Source of the DNA: a virus
DNA length: 64,000 nt
Reading direction: 5' to 3' (one strand)
Virus record (IMG/VR): IMGVR_UViG_3300007538_000022
Span: 26,275-90,274 of that record
Below, piece after piece: positions 39,217 through 49,475 of the stretch; position 1 is the stretch's first letter; every line of letters starts with the position of its first letter. The notes under the pieces are model-generated. The model was given only the letters and a program-made list of their open reading frames with translations, had not been told where the DNA came from and ran no database searches. The position numbers and the translations under genes were made by a program.

Positions 39217-39597
39217 TTATTTAAAATTACGTCTTTTAAGAAGTGCGCTAATTTCTTTCATTATAGCTGGTTCGGTATTAATTGCTTTAGTTTGTTCTCT
39301 TACTACCTTTTCCAGCTTTAATGAATTTATTTGATCGTTTTGTACAAACCTCCAAATATAATTACCGTCTGGCTTTACTACACCAAATATTGAGTATTTA
39401 ACACCAATCTTTACAATAATAGCGTATTCGTCGTCAATTAGTACAGTATCACCTTCATTAAATAAAGGATTATACTTAAATAAGAGACCTTTAACAAACG
39501 ATGTTGAAACGTCTTTAACGGCTAAAGACATAACTAATCCTATTAAGGTTGCTAAGTAAGGAGCAACTAATTCCATTTTAAATATATCTTCCATCAT
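39217..39597 (-). CDS. MscS-like small mechanosensitive-channel domain protein
   Basis: TM helix followed by KD..FVKG..F...FNEGD.V.ID...IVKIG. Confidence 0.6.
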   Translation of the reverse strand: MMEDIFKMELVAPYLATLIGLVMSLAVKDVSTSFVKGLLFKYNPLFNEGDTVLIDDEYAIIVKIGVKYSIFGVVKPDGNYIWRFVQNDQINSLKLEKVVREQTKAINTEPAIMKEISALLKRRNFK

Positions 39598-39814
39598 ATA
39601 TCTATTTATCTTAATCGCCGATATATTTAATCCCTAATTTGCAAGGGCCAAACTCGCTGTAACTATAAACACAATTCACAGTAAGCATATACTCAGTAGT
39701 GGTATACTTTTCATATTGCGTCTGAAAAGAAGCACATCCTTGTGTAAAACATAATAATAGTATAATAATTATAAGTTTCATAAATCCATATCTACAATAA
39801 GGAGCATTGCATTA

Positions 39815-40105
39815 CTATTTATCATCCTCAAAAACAATATTATTAATTCGATCATACTTAAAACTTCTCCAGCCGTTAGCATTGAGATCCCAAACATTGA
39901 CTGTATTAGGAGCTGGCTCTTTATTTGTTTTTGGATGGTGTTCTTTTGGAATAACATTAAGTGATTTTGTACATGTCATTACACGGTTACTACCATCTAA
40001 CTTTTTAAAGGTAACTATCGCTACTTTTTCAAGTAATATTTCAGATAAGTCTGGTAATGAAGGGATATCACAGTTGGCTACTTTATAATCTTTTTCTTCT
40101 AACAT
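39815..40105 (-). CDS. Phage SH3/WYL_2-like protein
   Basis: VTFKKLDGSNRVMTCT...VWDLNANGWRSF. Confidence 0.7.
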   Translation of the reverse strand: MLEEKDYKVANCDIPSLPDLSEILLEKVAIVTFKKLDGSNRVMTCTKSLNVIPKEHHPKTNKEPAPNTVNVWDLNANGWRSFKYDRINNIVFEDDK

Positions 40106-40106
40106 A

Positions 40107-40700
40107 TTAACCTCTATTAATAACAATTTCGTCTACTAAACCATATTCTAAACTTTGTTCAGCAGTCATAATATTATCACGATTCATATCATGTTCTAAT
40201 TCATCAAATGTTTTGCCTTTTGAATTATGCTTAACATATAGTTCTGTTAATGTTTTCTTCATTCTAACAATTTCTTTAGCATGTATTTCAATATCGCTTG
40301 CTTGTCCTTGTGCCCCTCCTAATGGTTGATGAATTAAATGTCTTGCATTAGGTAGCATTTTACGTTTACCCGGTGCTCCTGCCTGCGCTAAAAAAGAGCC
40401 CATTGAACATGCTTGACCCATTACAATAGTTTGAACATCTGGTTTAATAAATTGCATAGTGTCATAAATGCTTAATCCTGAAGTAATTACACCACCAGGT
40501 GAATTAATATACAAGTAAATATCTTTTTCAGAATTTTCTGATTCTAAGAATAACAATTGGGATACAATAGAGTTAGCAACATGATCATTAACTTCGCTAC
40601 ATAACATTACAATACGATCTTTTAATAATCGACTGTAAATATCCATAGCACGTTCGCCACGTGGACTTTGCTCGATTACCATTGGTACTAGATTAGTCAT
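40107..40700 (-). CDS. clpP: ATP-dependent Clp protease proteolytic subunit
   Basis: [35 protein letters not shown]. Confidence 0.97.
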   Translation of the reverse strand: MTNLVPMVIEQSPRGERAMDIYSRLLKDRIVMLCSEVNDHVANSIVSQLLFLESENSEKDIYLYINSPGGVITSGLSIYDTMQFIKPDVQTIVMGQACSMGSFLAQAGAPGKRKMLPNARHLIHQPLGGAQGQASDIEIHAKEIVRMKKTLTELYVKHNSKGKTFDELEHDMNRDNIMTAEQSLEYGLVDEIVINRG

Positions 40701-40701
40701 T

Positions 40702-40962
40702 TTATTTTCTACCTTGATATGTTACAGTTTCAGTTGGGCCTTTGCTAGTAAGATTAAAGCCAGCCATTGATGCTTGATATTCATCAAATTTCTCATTGTA
40801 TCTGAGAACTAATTTTAAACTTCGTTGCAATGCTACAGATAATGTTTGTTTTGGATAAAAATCTAATATTTCTGCTGTAACAGTTTGATTTTTATCAACA
40901 TTATACACTTCACACGTGTCGCTATATGTAGTTTTTAAATTATTCATGTTCTTTACTATCAT
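40702..40962 (-). CDS. Hypothetical protein
   Basis: ORF within the operon. Confidence 0.65.
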   Translation of the reverse strand: MIVKNMNNLKTTYSDTCEVYNVDKNQTVTAEILDFYPKQTLSVALQRSLKLVLRYNEKFDEYQASMAGFNLTSKGPTETVTYQGRK

Positions 40963-41194
40963 TTAATGCTGATTTTAACAAAATATTTTCCACTAATGTT
41001 TTTACTAAAGTTGCGAGCATAACAACAACTTTTTGGTCATCTTGTATTGACTCAAAATCATTTAATACACTAGCTGACACTTTTTCAAAGAGTTCTTCTT
41101 TAGAACACGATAACTTCTCCCATTTTACTTCAAATGAAAAATCGGTACTTTGTGCAATCTCTGCTATGTTTTTTATATTTTCTTCGTTAGCCAT
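40940..41194 (-). CDS. Hypothetical protein
   Basis: ORF within the operon. Confidence 0.65.
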   Translation of the reverse strand: MANEENIKNIAEIAQSTDFSFEVKWEKLSCSKEELFEKVSASVLNDFESIQDDQKVVVMLATLVKTLVENILLKSALNDSKEHE

Positions 41195-41195
41195 A

Positions 41196-41651
41196 TTATT
41201 TCAACCTATGTTGGTTATTTGAATACCATTCTTTAAATATTTGCTGTTCCTTTTCAAATGCTTCTACTTCCCACGGATAGTTTGAGTAGGAAGTAGATGA
41301 AACATCAAACACCTTAGAATGCCATGTTAATTGATTTGTTTTAATTAATTGTTTAAGTTCATTTCTAGCATATTGCTTTACATGAACTAATTCGTGTGCT
41401 AATGCAATTAATAATTCTTTCAATCCTAAAGAATTATCTACTTCTATGGAAAACCATCGTGGTCGATGATTAGTATCTTCCCATGCACACACTGCGTCGA
41501 TACCTGTGTTTTTTTTAAGACCTGTAACAAACTCTATTTCAATATAAAGTTTATTTTGTAATTTAGGCATTAACATTTTAACACCTAAATTGTACATATC
41601 AGTAATACATTGTTGTTTTAACTTTGTTCCACCTTTAAAATCAATCGTCAT
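41196..41651 (-). CDS. Small HExxH metallopeptidase-like protein
   Basis: LAHELVHVKQY...YPWEVEAF; likely start MTIDF. Confidence 0.7.
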   Translation of the reverse strand: MTIDFKGGTKLKQQCITDMYNLGVKMLMPKLQNKLYIEIEFVTGLKKNTGIDAVCAWEDTNHRPRWFSIEVDNSLGLKELLIALAHELVHVKQYARNELKQLIKTNQLTWHSKVFDVSSTSYSNYPWEVEAFEKEQQIFKEWYSNNQHRLK

Positions 41652-41958
41652 CTTTGATAATTTTGTTGTTAACAATAGCTTTATCAAGACGTTCTTTGAT
41701 TAATTCTTCTGTTTTTTTAATTAATAATTCCATAGAGCCTGGACCTTCCCAAACTTCATTTAATGCTTTATTAATTTCATCCATTGGAACTCTTGATAAT
41801 TTAGTATATGAATAAAAATATTCAGACAAATAATTCCTAACAGGACTTGGAATGTTCTGATGAGCTGAAATATTCCATGTTCCATTAAATCCATTAACAT
41901 TATGTGGTGCATCGTTAATACGAGTTTTCCAATATTCACCTGGAAGATAATTCATCAT
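41641..41958 (-). CDS. Hypothetical protein
   Basis: ORF downstream of TAGACA-18-TATAAT (42022-41993). Confidence 0.6.
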   Translation of the reverse strand: MMNYLPGEYWKTRINDAPHNVNGFNGTWNISAHQNIPSPVRNYLSEYFYSYTKLSRVPMDEINKALNEVWEGPGSMELLIKKTEELIKERLDKAIVNNKIIKDDD

Positions 41959-42022
41959 AGTTTTTTCTCTTTGTTATGTTGTGTAAAATAATATTATATA
42001 ATATAAATGCACGTATTGTCTA

Positions 42023-42244
42023 CTATAAACGTAAACTAATACGTCCTTTTGATAAATCATATGGGGATATTTCAAGCTTTACCTTGTCGCCGAGTACTAT
42101 TCTAATGTTAAATTTCCTCATTTTACCACTAGAATAACATATTACGGTATGATCTTGATCATCTAATTTAACTTTAAACATTTGGTTAGGTAAGATATCT
42201 GTAATTGTTCCAATTACTTCTATTAAATCTTTTTGTGTTGCCAT
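42023..42244 (-). CDS. infA: Translation initiation factor IF-1
   Basis: IEVIGTI...LPNQMFKVKL...SGKMR..IRI..GDKV..EISPYDLSKGRI. Confidence 0.96.
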   Translation of the reverse strand: MATQKDLIEVIGTITDILPNQMFKVKLDDQDHTVICYSSGKMRKFNIRIVLGDKVKLEISPYDLSKGRISLRL

Positions 42245-42294
42245 TAATTTCCTTTAAAATATATTCGTTTAATAGTGTTATTTATTTGTAATAT

Positions 42295-42471
42295 TCATTT
42301 TTTCTGTATTATAATTTCACCATCATCGTTTACTGACACTAATAATGCATCTCCAGCTTGCCATCCCATTTTTTCCATAATATCTGGAGGGATATTTAAT
42401 AATACATTTTTATCATCACCGTCAATTTTAGTGAATATTTCTTCAGTTTTATATGAGACTGTTTTAGTCAT
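42295..42471 (-). CDS. AbrB/MazE/SpoVT-like small DNA-binding protein (58 aa, not in the track)
   Basis: Own translation ...LLNIPPDIMEKMGWQAGDALLVSVNDDGEIIIQKK; AAGGA RBS. Confidence 0.7.
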   Translation of the reverse strand: MTKTVSYKTEEIFTKIDGDDKNVLLNIPPDIMEKMGWQAGDALLVSVNDDGEIIIQKK

Positions 42472-42473
42472 TG

Positions 42474-43205
42474 TTAATCCTTAATTGAAATTTTTTCAAA
42501 ATTCATAATTTCCAATATGAGAAAATCTGACACATCAGATAATCGTAATGGATACACTGTTGCATTATGAAATGTAATAGTACGATTCACTACACTGTTA
42601 AGAAGCACAGTTGCAGTATGATCAACTGTGCTAATTTTATATAATCGATTAGTTCGATCTTTAAAAATAAATTGATCGCATTTATTGTTTTTACGGCTTT
42701 TTATTATAGTTTTTACATAATCTAATGATACTTCATTAACTTCGTAGCTACCCGAAGCTTCTGCAGAAATATATGTACATGAAAGTTGTTTGTATTCATT
42801 ATCTTCTTTAAAAAATGTTGGCATTTTTATAATAAGACCTATAGAATTAACAGTGATCTTAGTAGGACTAGTAAGCACTTCTGCTACAGCTTTCCAGTAG
42901 TCTGAAATATTATCTCCATTTAATGCTTTTAATGTTAACTTATTTTTAAAGTATTTTCTAATACATTGAGCATCATCATTAAATCTACAAACAGCATCAC
43001 AATCTATTAATGTTTCAATAGGATGTTCTTCTTTAATTTTATATACAATATCAACAAGATTACTATACATTGTAGAATAAGAATAAGATAGACTACCATA
43101 ATATAAACATATAGCTATAGGATCTATGTTTAATTCATGAGCACTATACGACTCACTCATTGCTATTGTTTCACATATGCTTTCAAGCATTGATTGTTTA
43201 GTCAT
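42474..43205 (-). CDS. Hypothetical protein
   Basis: 243-aa ORF. Confidence 0.7.
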   Translation of the reverse strand: MTKQSMLESICETIAMSESYSAHELNIDPIAICLYYGSLSYSYSTMYSNLVDIVYKIKEEHPIETLIDCDAVCRFNDDAQCIRKYFKNKLTLKALNGDNISDYWKAVAEVLTSPTKITVNSIGLIIKMPTFFKEDNEYKQLSCTYISAEASGSYEVNEVSLDYVKTIIKSRKNNKCDQFIFKDRTNRLYKISTVDHTATVLLNSVVNRTITFHNATVYPLRLSDVSDFLILEIMNFEKISIKD

Positions 43206-43379
43206 ATTAAGCCTTTACATTATAAAATTATTTAATTACTATTAACCGTTGATTTCATCAACGTATTTCGTTACTGATGTCTTGTTTGTGACTTCGTCAA
43301 AACAGACATTACGTAACTCATATTTTTTATTTTTTTTAGAATAATTATAATTTTTTAATTATTTCTTTTATGATACTTT

Positions 43380-43848
43380 CTGTAGATCGTTAGCCATAGG
43401 TCACCCTAGCAAGCTAGAGTGACAAAAAGATTTTTCTGTGAGTCGCTTCGCACATGAGTTTGTCAGCGGACTTTGTGACTCTCCCTTAGGCTCTGTACCT
43501 TACCTATGCCGCTACGAATTTTAAGAAATACTTTCAGGTGACTGTGTATTTCATAGGGATCAAACGTCAAAAACTTTTATACTATAAACAAACTAGGCAT
43601 TACCCTAATCATCGTCCTGTAAAGGATAGTGTATTATAGTCTGACAACAGACAGCCAAATTACGCATAGACCACACTCTCGATAATGTGACATTACGCAG
43701 CACTATTACAATCGGCGTGCCAACCTTAATTCTGTTTGTTTAAATGCCTAAGTATGATGTGATAGATGCCATTGAGATTTGCCTGTACTAACTTGCCTAA
43801 CTTTGTGCCTAAATTTTGTATTTAAAGATTGCCTGTAATTTTTTAATT
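43380..43848 (-). ncRNA. Candidate large structured non-coding RNA (or RNA-primed origin)
   Basis: No ORF of 60 aa or more; visibly more GC-rich than the flanks; multiple stems incl. a G(CUUG)C-capped hairpin with a G-U pair on the minus strand; consensus promoter directly upstream. Confidence 0.6.
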
Positions 43849-43854
43849 GTGTAT

Positions 43855-43883
43855 AGTATAATGCTGAATAAAAGATTTGTCAA
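43855..43883 (-). promoter_or_regulatory. sigma70-type promoter driving the non-coding region
   Basis: TTGACA-17-TATACT. Confidence 0.85.
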
Positions 43884-43895
43884 CACTTTTTTAAA

Positions 43896-44144
43896 TTAAT
43901 TTTTATCTTCAATGGAAATTATTTCTGTTTTCTGAATAATTAAAGTTTTAAATGATGCAGAGTCAGATAAGTCTGGATTGTTTAAGTCTGTAGAGATAAT
44001 TTGTATTGGTATAAATTGTCTCGGATCGTTCAAAAGATCTTGTAATCGTTCATCTTTTGAAAGATAAATGTAACCTACAAATGCAGGCATTGATTTTGTT
44101 TTAATATTAACTCGTTTACACTCTTTGTATGAATTGTTTTTCAT
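43896..44144 (-). CDS. Hypothetical protein
   Basis: G.IYL..ERLQDLLND.R.FIP; late motif at 44172. Confidence 0.65.
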   Translation of the reverse strand: MKNNSYKECKRVNIKTKSMPAFVGYIYLSKDERLQDLLNDPRQFIPIQIISTDLNNPDLSDSASFKTLIIQKTEIISIEDKN

Positions 44145-44181
44145 AAATTAAATTAATATAGTTAAAGAAAATATTTATCAT

Positions 44182-44868
44182 TTAAATTTGCGGAAAAAGC
44201 ACATTTTCTGAAAAATATTCTAATTCATTGTCTGAAAATCCTAACTTTTTTAATACTGCAGGTGTTTTTGGATTTTGTTTTTGATTATGACAATAAAAAT
44301 TATGTTTCTTAATTACAGTCTCCGACAGTTCTGTGTTGTTAAACATCTGAATAGATGTTAAGTATTGATTTAACACTTTTAACATTAAATGAATAAGTAG
44401 AGATACTTCTGCAATATTTTGAATGTTGCCAGCAGCAATTATACGATCGCTAAAGATATTCTTTGCCCATTCTGGAAGAACTCGTTCTTTAGAAACAGAT
44501 GTATTTTTTACTAAAGAATAATATTGAGAAGATACTAAATGGTTAGCTCCGGCAGACCCTGGACTAACATCCAAAAATAAGCCAGTTACTTTGTTAGCAC
44601 CGGCTATAACATCAAACCCAAAAATTGGGCTATTATTAGTATGACTTGGAAAAATGCATAAATGCATCATCCATAATTTTTTTGTAGTTCTAGCATCGAT
44701 AATATTTAGATGTGCTCGACTTATGTAATCGTTAGTCCAACTTCGATTTATTGAAGTAACAGAATTAAATGGTAATGTATGTACAGGGATTTCAGTTGCA
44801 TATGTATTAACGCATGTAACTGCAGACTCTGCACATTTTTCTAATAAGTCCCATATTTCACTATTCAT
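44182..44868 (-). CDS. Ferredoxin-dependent bilin reductase (PcyA/PcyX-like)
   Basis: RAHL, WMMHLCIFP, PIFGFD, R.LPEWA..IFS, YC.NQKQNPKT; adjacent to heme oxygenase. Confidence 0.88.
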   Translation of the reverse strand: MNSEIWDLLEKCAESAVTCVNTYATEIPVHTLPFNSVTSINRSWTNDYISRAHLNIIDARTTKKLWMMHLCIFPSHTNNSPIFGFDVIAGANKVTGLFLDVSPGSAGANHLVSSQYYSLVKNTSVSKERVLPEWAKNIFSDRIIAAGNIQNIAEVSLLIHLMLKVLNQYLTSIQMFNNTELSETVIKKHNFYCHNQKQNPKTPAVLKKLGFSDNELEYFSENVLFPQI

Positions 44869-45397
44869 ACAATTGACGAAAAACATTAATAATAAACTTA
44901 AAACACGTTTTAGCTTCGTCAGCCATTGTGTCGTCTAAGTTAGATTTAATAAATGATTTTAAAGCGTCAACATCCCCGTCAAATGTATACATTTTTCCAC
45001 TACCCGGAGTGCGAGATGCTAACAGTTGACCTCCATTTAAATCACCCATAAAGTGAACATATATATGTGACCACAGTTTATGTACATTATTGCTGATAGA
45101 GTATAGGTATGTAATATACTCAGTAGTACTAGTTAAGATTTTAGGAGGTTTATCGTATGGATTTAGCTCTAATAAGTCTTCAGATATATAGTTAGTTCGA
45201 TATAATTCGGTATGATCTTTAAATAAATTATGTAGTGTTATAAAAGATTCTAAAGTATTGTATATAAGATATCTATTTTGCAAAAAAACAACGTAATCGG
45301 CAGTATTAATATTATTATTAAGCAAATCTTTAACAAAAAGTTGATTTTCTGCTTCTTTGTGTAATTCCCAAATAGCTTTAGCTAATGTAGACATCAT
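44861..45397 (-). CDS. Heme oxygenase (HemO/Ho1-like)
   Basis: LHKEAE proximal His, Y..LE, L.R...I.EDL, HIYVHFMGDLNGGQ, EA..CF. Confidence 0.9.
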   Translation of the reverse strand: MMSTLAKAIWELHKEAENQLFVKDLLNNNINTADYVVFLQNRYLIYNTLESFITLHNLFKDHTELYRTNYISEDLLELNPYDKPPKILTSTTEYITYLYSISNNVHKLWSHIYVHFMGDLNGGQLLASRTPGSGKMYTFDGDVDALKSFIKSNLDDTMADEAKTCFKFIINVFRQLYE

Positions 45398-45693
45398 TCT
45401 TCCTCTAATTTAATTTGTAATGGAAATCTGTGAGATCTACTTAACAGTTGTGCTTCTGAAGCTTTTTGTTCAGCAATCTCAAAGTGATAAACACCTACAA
45501 TAGCTGAGCCTTCGTTGTGGATTTTTGAAGTTAAGTTTATTGCAGATTGTTCAGAGTGTTTAAACACATTTATTAAAATGTTAATAACCCATTCAAACGG
45601 AGTTTGGTCGTCATTCACAAACACAACTTTATATTTTTTTGGTTTTTTAAGTGACTTTTTAGTTTTAGTATCTAATACAGCTTCGGTAGTCAT
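45394..45693 (-). CDS. clpS: ClpS N-degron adaptor
   Basis: YKVVFVNDDQTPFEWV...IHNEGSAIVGVY..EIAE.K...FPL. Confidence 0.93.
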   Translation of the reverse strand: MTTEAVLDTKTKKSLKKPKKYKVVFVNDDQTPFEWVINILINVFKHSEQSAINLTSKIHNEGSAIVGVYHFEIAEQKASEAQLLSRSHRFPLQIKLEEE

Positions 45694-45715
45694 TGTAAAT
45701 CCTTAGTGGAAGTAT

Positions 45716-45746
45716 AAAAATACGCCCTTTATTTCTAAAGGGCGTA
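45716..45746 (-). terminator. Intrinsic terminator after hsp20
   Basis: TACGCCCTTTA/TAAAGGGCGTA stem plus T tract. Confidence 0.8.
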
Positions 45747-45754
45747 TATAGTAA

Positions 45755-46216
45755 TTAGTTTTTTGATAATGTTAATACATTGTCATCGACTTGACTAATT
45801 TTAATTTGTTTAGGTTGCAGTTCTTCAGGTACATTTCTTACTAAATGAATATCTAACATACCAATATTTAGTTTAGCAGATTTAACTTCGATATGATCAG
45901 CTAAGGTAAACTCTCTTTGAAAATTGCGACCACCAATACCTCGATGTAAGTACTGCACATTGTCGTCTACTCTAGGTGAAGTTCCAACGACTTTTAAGGT
46001 GTTTTGATGATATGTAATTTCCAAGTTTTCCATGCTAAACCCGGCAACTGCTAATGAAATAAGATACTCATTTTCATTAAGTTGACAAATGTTATAGGGA
46101 GGATACCCTGATGAATGATTACTCGAATAATGTCGATCTAATGTATTAAATAATTGATCAAAGCCGATTGATGCTCTGTAAAACGCAGGTAAGTCTAATG
46201 AAGTTACTTTTTTCAT
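45755..46216 (-). CDS. Small heat-shock protein (Hsp20/IbpA-like)
   Basis: IGFD, YPPYNI, LAVAGF, YLHRGI..RNF.R.F.LA, GML.I.L. Confidence 0.95.
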   Translation of the reverse strand: MKKVTSLDLPAFYRASIGFDQLFNTLDRHYSSNHSSGYPPYNICQLNENEYLISLAVAGFSMENLEITYHQNTLKVVGTSPRVDDNVQYLHRGIGGRNFQREFTLADHIEVKSAKLNIGMLDIHLVRNVPEELQPKQIKISQVDDNVLTLSKN

Positions 46217-46272
46217 TTTAATTTCTCCTTATATTAAGCAAGATATATGATTAAGCCTGAAAGCACTTAATC
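46217..46272 (-). promoter_or_regulatory. ROSE-like RNA thermometer in the hsp20 leader
   Basis: UCUUGCUUA pairs with the UAAGGAGA Shine-Dalgarno; upstream hairpin GAUUAAG...CUUAAUC. Confidence 0.7.
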
Positions 46273-46378
46273 TAAAAAAACACTTATAGCAAGGCGACTT
46301 GGCTTCATATTTTTCTTACTCGCTATAAGTGTTAAAGCTATTACATATTAAGCATTACTGCTTATTTTTATTTATCAT

Positions 46379-48019
<1,641 letters not shown>

Positions 48020-48026
48020 CTATTTG

Positions 48027-48311
48027 TTACTGTACAACTGCTAAAATTTGTGATTCATCTAAAATTAGATAATCAACCCCATCTTCGGATACTTTAATAC
48101 CTGCCCCTTTATTAAAGATAACAGTATATCCAATCGATACTTCGAGAGGAACAATTTGTCCATCGGCAGTAACTCGACCACTGCCTACTTCACATACTTC
48201 CCCTTTGATTGGTTTTTCTTTAGCGTTGTCTGGAATAAATAAACCACCAGATGTTTTTGTTTCAGTTTCACAAGGTTTGACAAGAATTTTGTCACGAATT
48301 GGTTTCATCAT
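48027..48311 (-). CDS. groS: Co-chaperonin GroES
   Basis: KPIRDKILV...TSGGLFIPDNAKEKP..GEV..VGSG. Confidence 0.97.
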   Translation of the reverse strand: MMKPIRDKILVKPCETETKTSGGLFIPDNAKEKPIKGEVCEVGSGRVTADGQIVPLEVSIGYTVIFNKGAGIKVSEDGVDYLILDESQILAVVQ

Positions 48312-48362
48312 AAAATTTCTCCTTTATTAAGCAAGATAAAAATGAGCCCATTATTGGCACTC
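48312..48362 (-). promoter_or_regulatory. ROSE-like RNA thermometer in the groES leader
   Basis: UAUCUUGCUUAAUAAAGGAGAAAUU, nearly identical to the hsp20 leader; upstream hairpin GAGUGCC...GGGCUC. Confidence 0.65.
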
Positions 48363-48383
48363 TACAATACGCACAATGCGTGG

Positions 48384-48629
48384 TTAAAAAAGCCGTTTCG
48401 ATCTAATTGAATCTTTTTCAATCTTTTTCAAATGTCGAACTCTTCCTGCGGCTTTATCCTTTTTACGTTGTACACTAGGTTTAGTGTAAAACTCACGTTC
48501 ACGTAACAGTTGTAAAAGTCTGTCTTTTTGTACTAGTTTTTTAAGTTTTCTTAATGCAAAGTTTACGTCGTTATTTCTAACTTCTACAGAAAGACCTTTT
48601 ACTTTATTGTAACTTCGTTTGTTCTTCAA
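48384..48629 (-). CDS. rpsU: Ribosomal protein bS21
   Basis: VEVRNNDVNFALRKLKK...LREREFYTKPSVQRK. Confidence 0.9.
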   Translation of the reverse strand: MKNKRSYNKVKGLSVEVRNNDVNFALRKLKKLVQKDRLLQLLREREFYTKPSVQRKKDKAAGRVRHLKKIEKDSIRSKRLF

Positions 48630-49017
48630 TCGTACCTCCTAAGATACTTGTTAGTATGTCTAATGAAATTATTTTATTATTACTTATAATACTATATATA
48701 CTTTTTGTTGCTTTTGATAACCAAAAAGTTTTCGATTTACTAATTAAAAAACTTAGCAAATCTCGCACACATCCAGATGTGTTATCTACATCAATAATAG
48801 CTATATCACACATGTTAAACGACGATAATAACCAGTTAATTTCTTCAGTTGTGTTTTCTAAACTATTATAATAGTAAATATTTATGTTTTTGTCAATTTT
48901 ATTTAGTAAAATGTCTTGTACATTTTCTTTTAATTCTATACTAGGGTATAACAATAATACTTGAAACGACTCGTTAAATAAGTTATCAGGGTATGAAATA
49001 ATGTTAATTTTATTCAT
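48604..49017 (-). CDS. Hypothetical protein
   Basis: ORF within the operon. Confidence 0.65.
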   Translation of the reverse strand: MNKINIISYPDNLFNESFQVLLLYPSIELKENVQDILLNKIDKNINIYYYNSLENTTEEINWLLSSFNMCDIAIIDVDNTSGCVRDLLSFLISKSKTFWLSKATKSIYSIISNNKIISLDILTSILGGTIEEQTKLQ

Positions 49018-49426
49018 TTATTACAATTAATCCCTCGTTAATCAGTTTAGCTCTATTTTGTAAATGTAAAACATCCCTTTCTTCTTTACTATCAACATAC
49101 GGAACAGCATATCCTTCTGATAACATTGTTTCAGCAACAGACACTGCATCTACTAAAAAGTCGCCTAAAATTCTTCCAAATTTACCTTTAAATTGATTAG
49201 ACACTAGTACAACTGTAGAACCATTATTAAAGATTTCTTTTAACCGTTTAGTAGATAATAATCCAAACTGTTTCTCAACTAAATCAGAAGATCTAGATTC
49301 AGGAGCATCAATCCCAACTATTCGCACCCTTTCATTATAAAGCCAGACTCCAAACCCTAAATCGATGTTAATATCAACTGTGTCACCGTCTACTATTTTA
49401 TTTATTACACAATTGTAACTGTACAT
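49010..49426 (-). CDS. Thermonuclease (SNase-like)
   Basis: IVDGDT, RVRIVGIDAPESR, GKFGRILG. Confidence 0.9.
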   Translation of the reverse strand: MYSYNCVINKIVDGDTVDINIDLGFGVWLYNERVRIVGIDAPESRSSDLVEKQFGLLSTKRLKEIFNNGSTVVLVSNQFKGKFGRILGDFLVDAVSVAETMLSEGYAVPYVDSKEERDVLHLQNRAKLINEGLIVINE

Positions 49427-49445
49427 AAAAAATAACCTATATGTG

Positions 49446-49474
49446 AAAAAAAGTTGGGGGATTTCTCCCCCAAC
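49446..49474 (-). terminator. Intrinsic terminator ending the tmRNA transcript
   Basis: GTTGGGGGA/TCCCCCAAC stem plus T7. Confidence 0.85.
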
Positions 49475-49475
49475 G

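Noticed and set aside
43380-43848. tRNA, CRISPR array, group I intron, hammerhead or RNase P identity for the non-coding region
   Set aside because: No cloverleaf, no regular repeat-spacer units, and I could not find the conserved cores by eye; needs covariance-model search
48354-48380. CIRCE operator upstream of groES
   Set aside because: Only one arm (TTGGCACTC) is present; no matching arm 9 bp away
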